Source: Candidatus Bathyarchaeota archaeon (GTDB lineage Archaea > Thermoproteota > Bathyarchaeia > Bathyarchaeales > Bathycorpusculaceae). Taken from it: 64,000 bases of DNA. Shown here piece by piece: positions 63,668 through 64,000 of this stretch. Below the pieces are notes generated by a model that ran no database searches, was not told the DNA's origin, and saw only the letters and a program-made list of their open reading frames with translations. Position numbers and translations under genes: made by a program. Every line of letters starts with the position of its first letter. Within the stretch, counting starts at the first letter, position 1. The stretch spans positions 32,001-96,000 of the forward strand of contig CAWAKC010000002.1 in assembly GCA_963782525.1 (NCBI GenBank). Direction: 5' to 3'.

Positions 63668-64000
63668 ATGTTGTCTCGCTCTGCAATGGTTAAACTAAAA
63701 GCTGTCCTGATTATCGACATAATTATTGTAGGTGCCGCTGTCGGAGCCTACTTTTATCTTCAAAACCAAGGTCTGGTTTCAGGGGGCTCACCTAAACCTG
63801 CCACGTTTGTACTTACCGACCTCGTCGTTAGCCCCACCGAGGCTTATGTGGGTGAACCGGTTCAGATTTCAGTTAACGTAACAAACATTGGCGAAGTAGA
63901 TGGTAACTTAACGGTGAATCTTCAAATTAACAATGCTATGAAAGATGCCTCCAATGCTACGTTGGTTGGCAATTCTTCTGACATAATTTCTTTTACTGAC
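63668..64000 (+). CDS. CARDB-like domain surface protein, runs off the window end
   Basis: MLSRSAMVKLKAVLIIDIIIVGAAVGAYFY then VSPTEAYVGEPVQISVNVTNIG. Confidence 0.75.
   Translation, partial: MLSRSAMVKLKAVLIIDIIIVGAAVGAYFYLQNQGLVSGGSPKPATFVLTDLVVSPTEAYVGEPVQISVNVTNIGEVDGNLTVNLQINNAMKDASNATLVGNSSDIISFTD

Overview
Archaeal genomic window, most consistent with Bathyarchaeia. This is inferred from mch, archaeal PheRS/AsnRS, TFS, class III signal-peptide pilins, a PQQ-like propeller surface protein and the expanded small wHTH family. About 1-41.8 kb is AT-rich, low-density accessory DNA. It holds REC-PAS histidine kinases, a REC-TrmB regulator, two large pilin-like adhesins, many micro-ORFs and gene remnants. 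About 42-64 kb is dense housekeeping DNA (arsM, ABC transporter, pheS/pheT, mch, asnS, MFS, CDF). The strongest unexplained signal is a repeated pairing of small winged-helix regulators (6 recognisable copies plus 1 decayed copy) with an uncharacterised CxCG-x-PD-x-H-x3-H zinc-finger family (5 copies). Two of these pairs form a duplicated divergent cassette in inverted orientation, and three wHTH promoters share an AAGCA-N4-TGCTT palindrome. A second unexplained signal is an array of alternating-orientation GTTGAAAGAA(C/G)AA(C/G)AA motifs at ~17.96-18.22 kb, with a partial second copy at ~25.6 kb. Many single-base frameshifts, including in essential genes, point to assembly indel errors, so pseudogene calls are cautious. 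No rRNA, tRNA, CRISPR array or intact transposase was recognised. All calls were made by eye without database searches.
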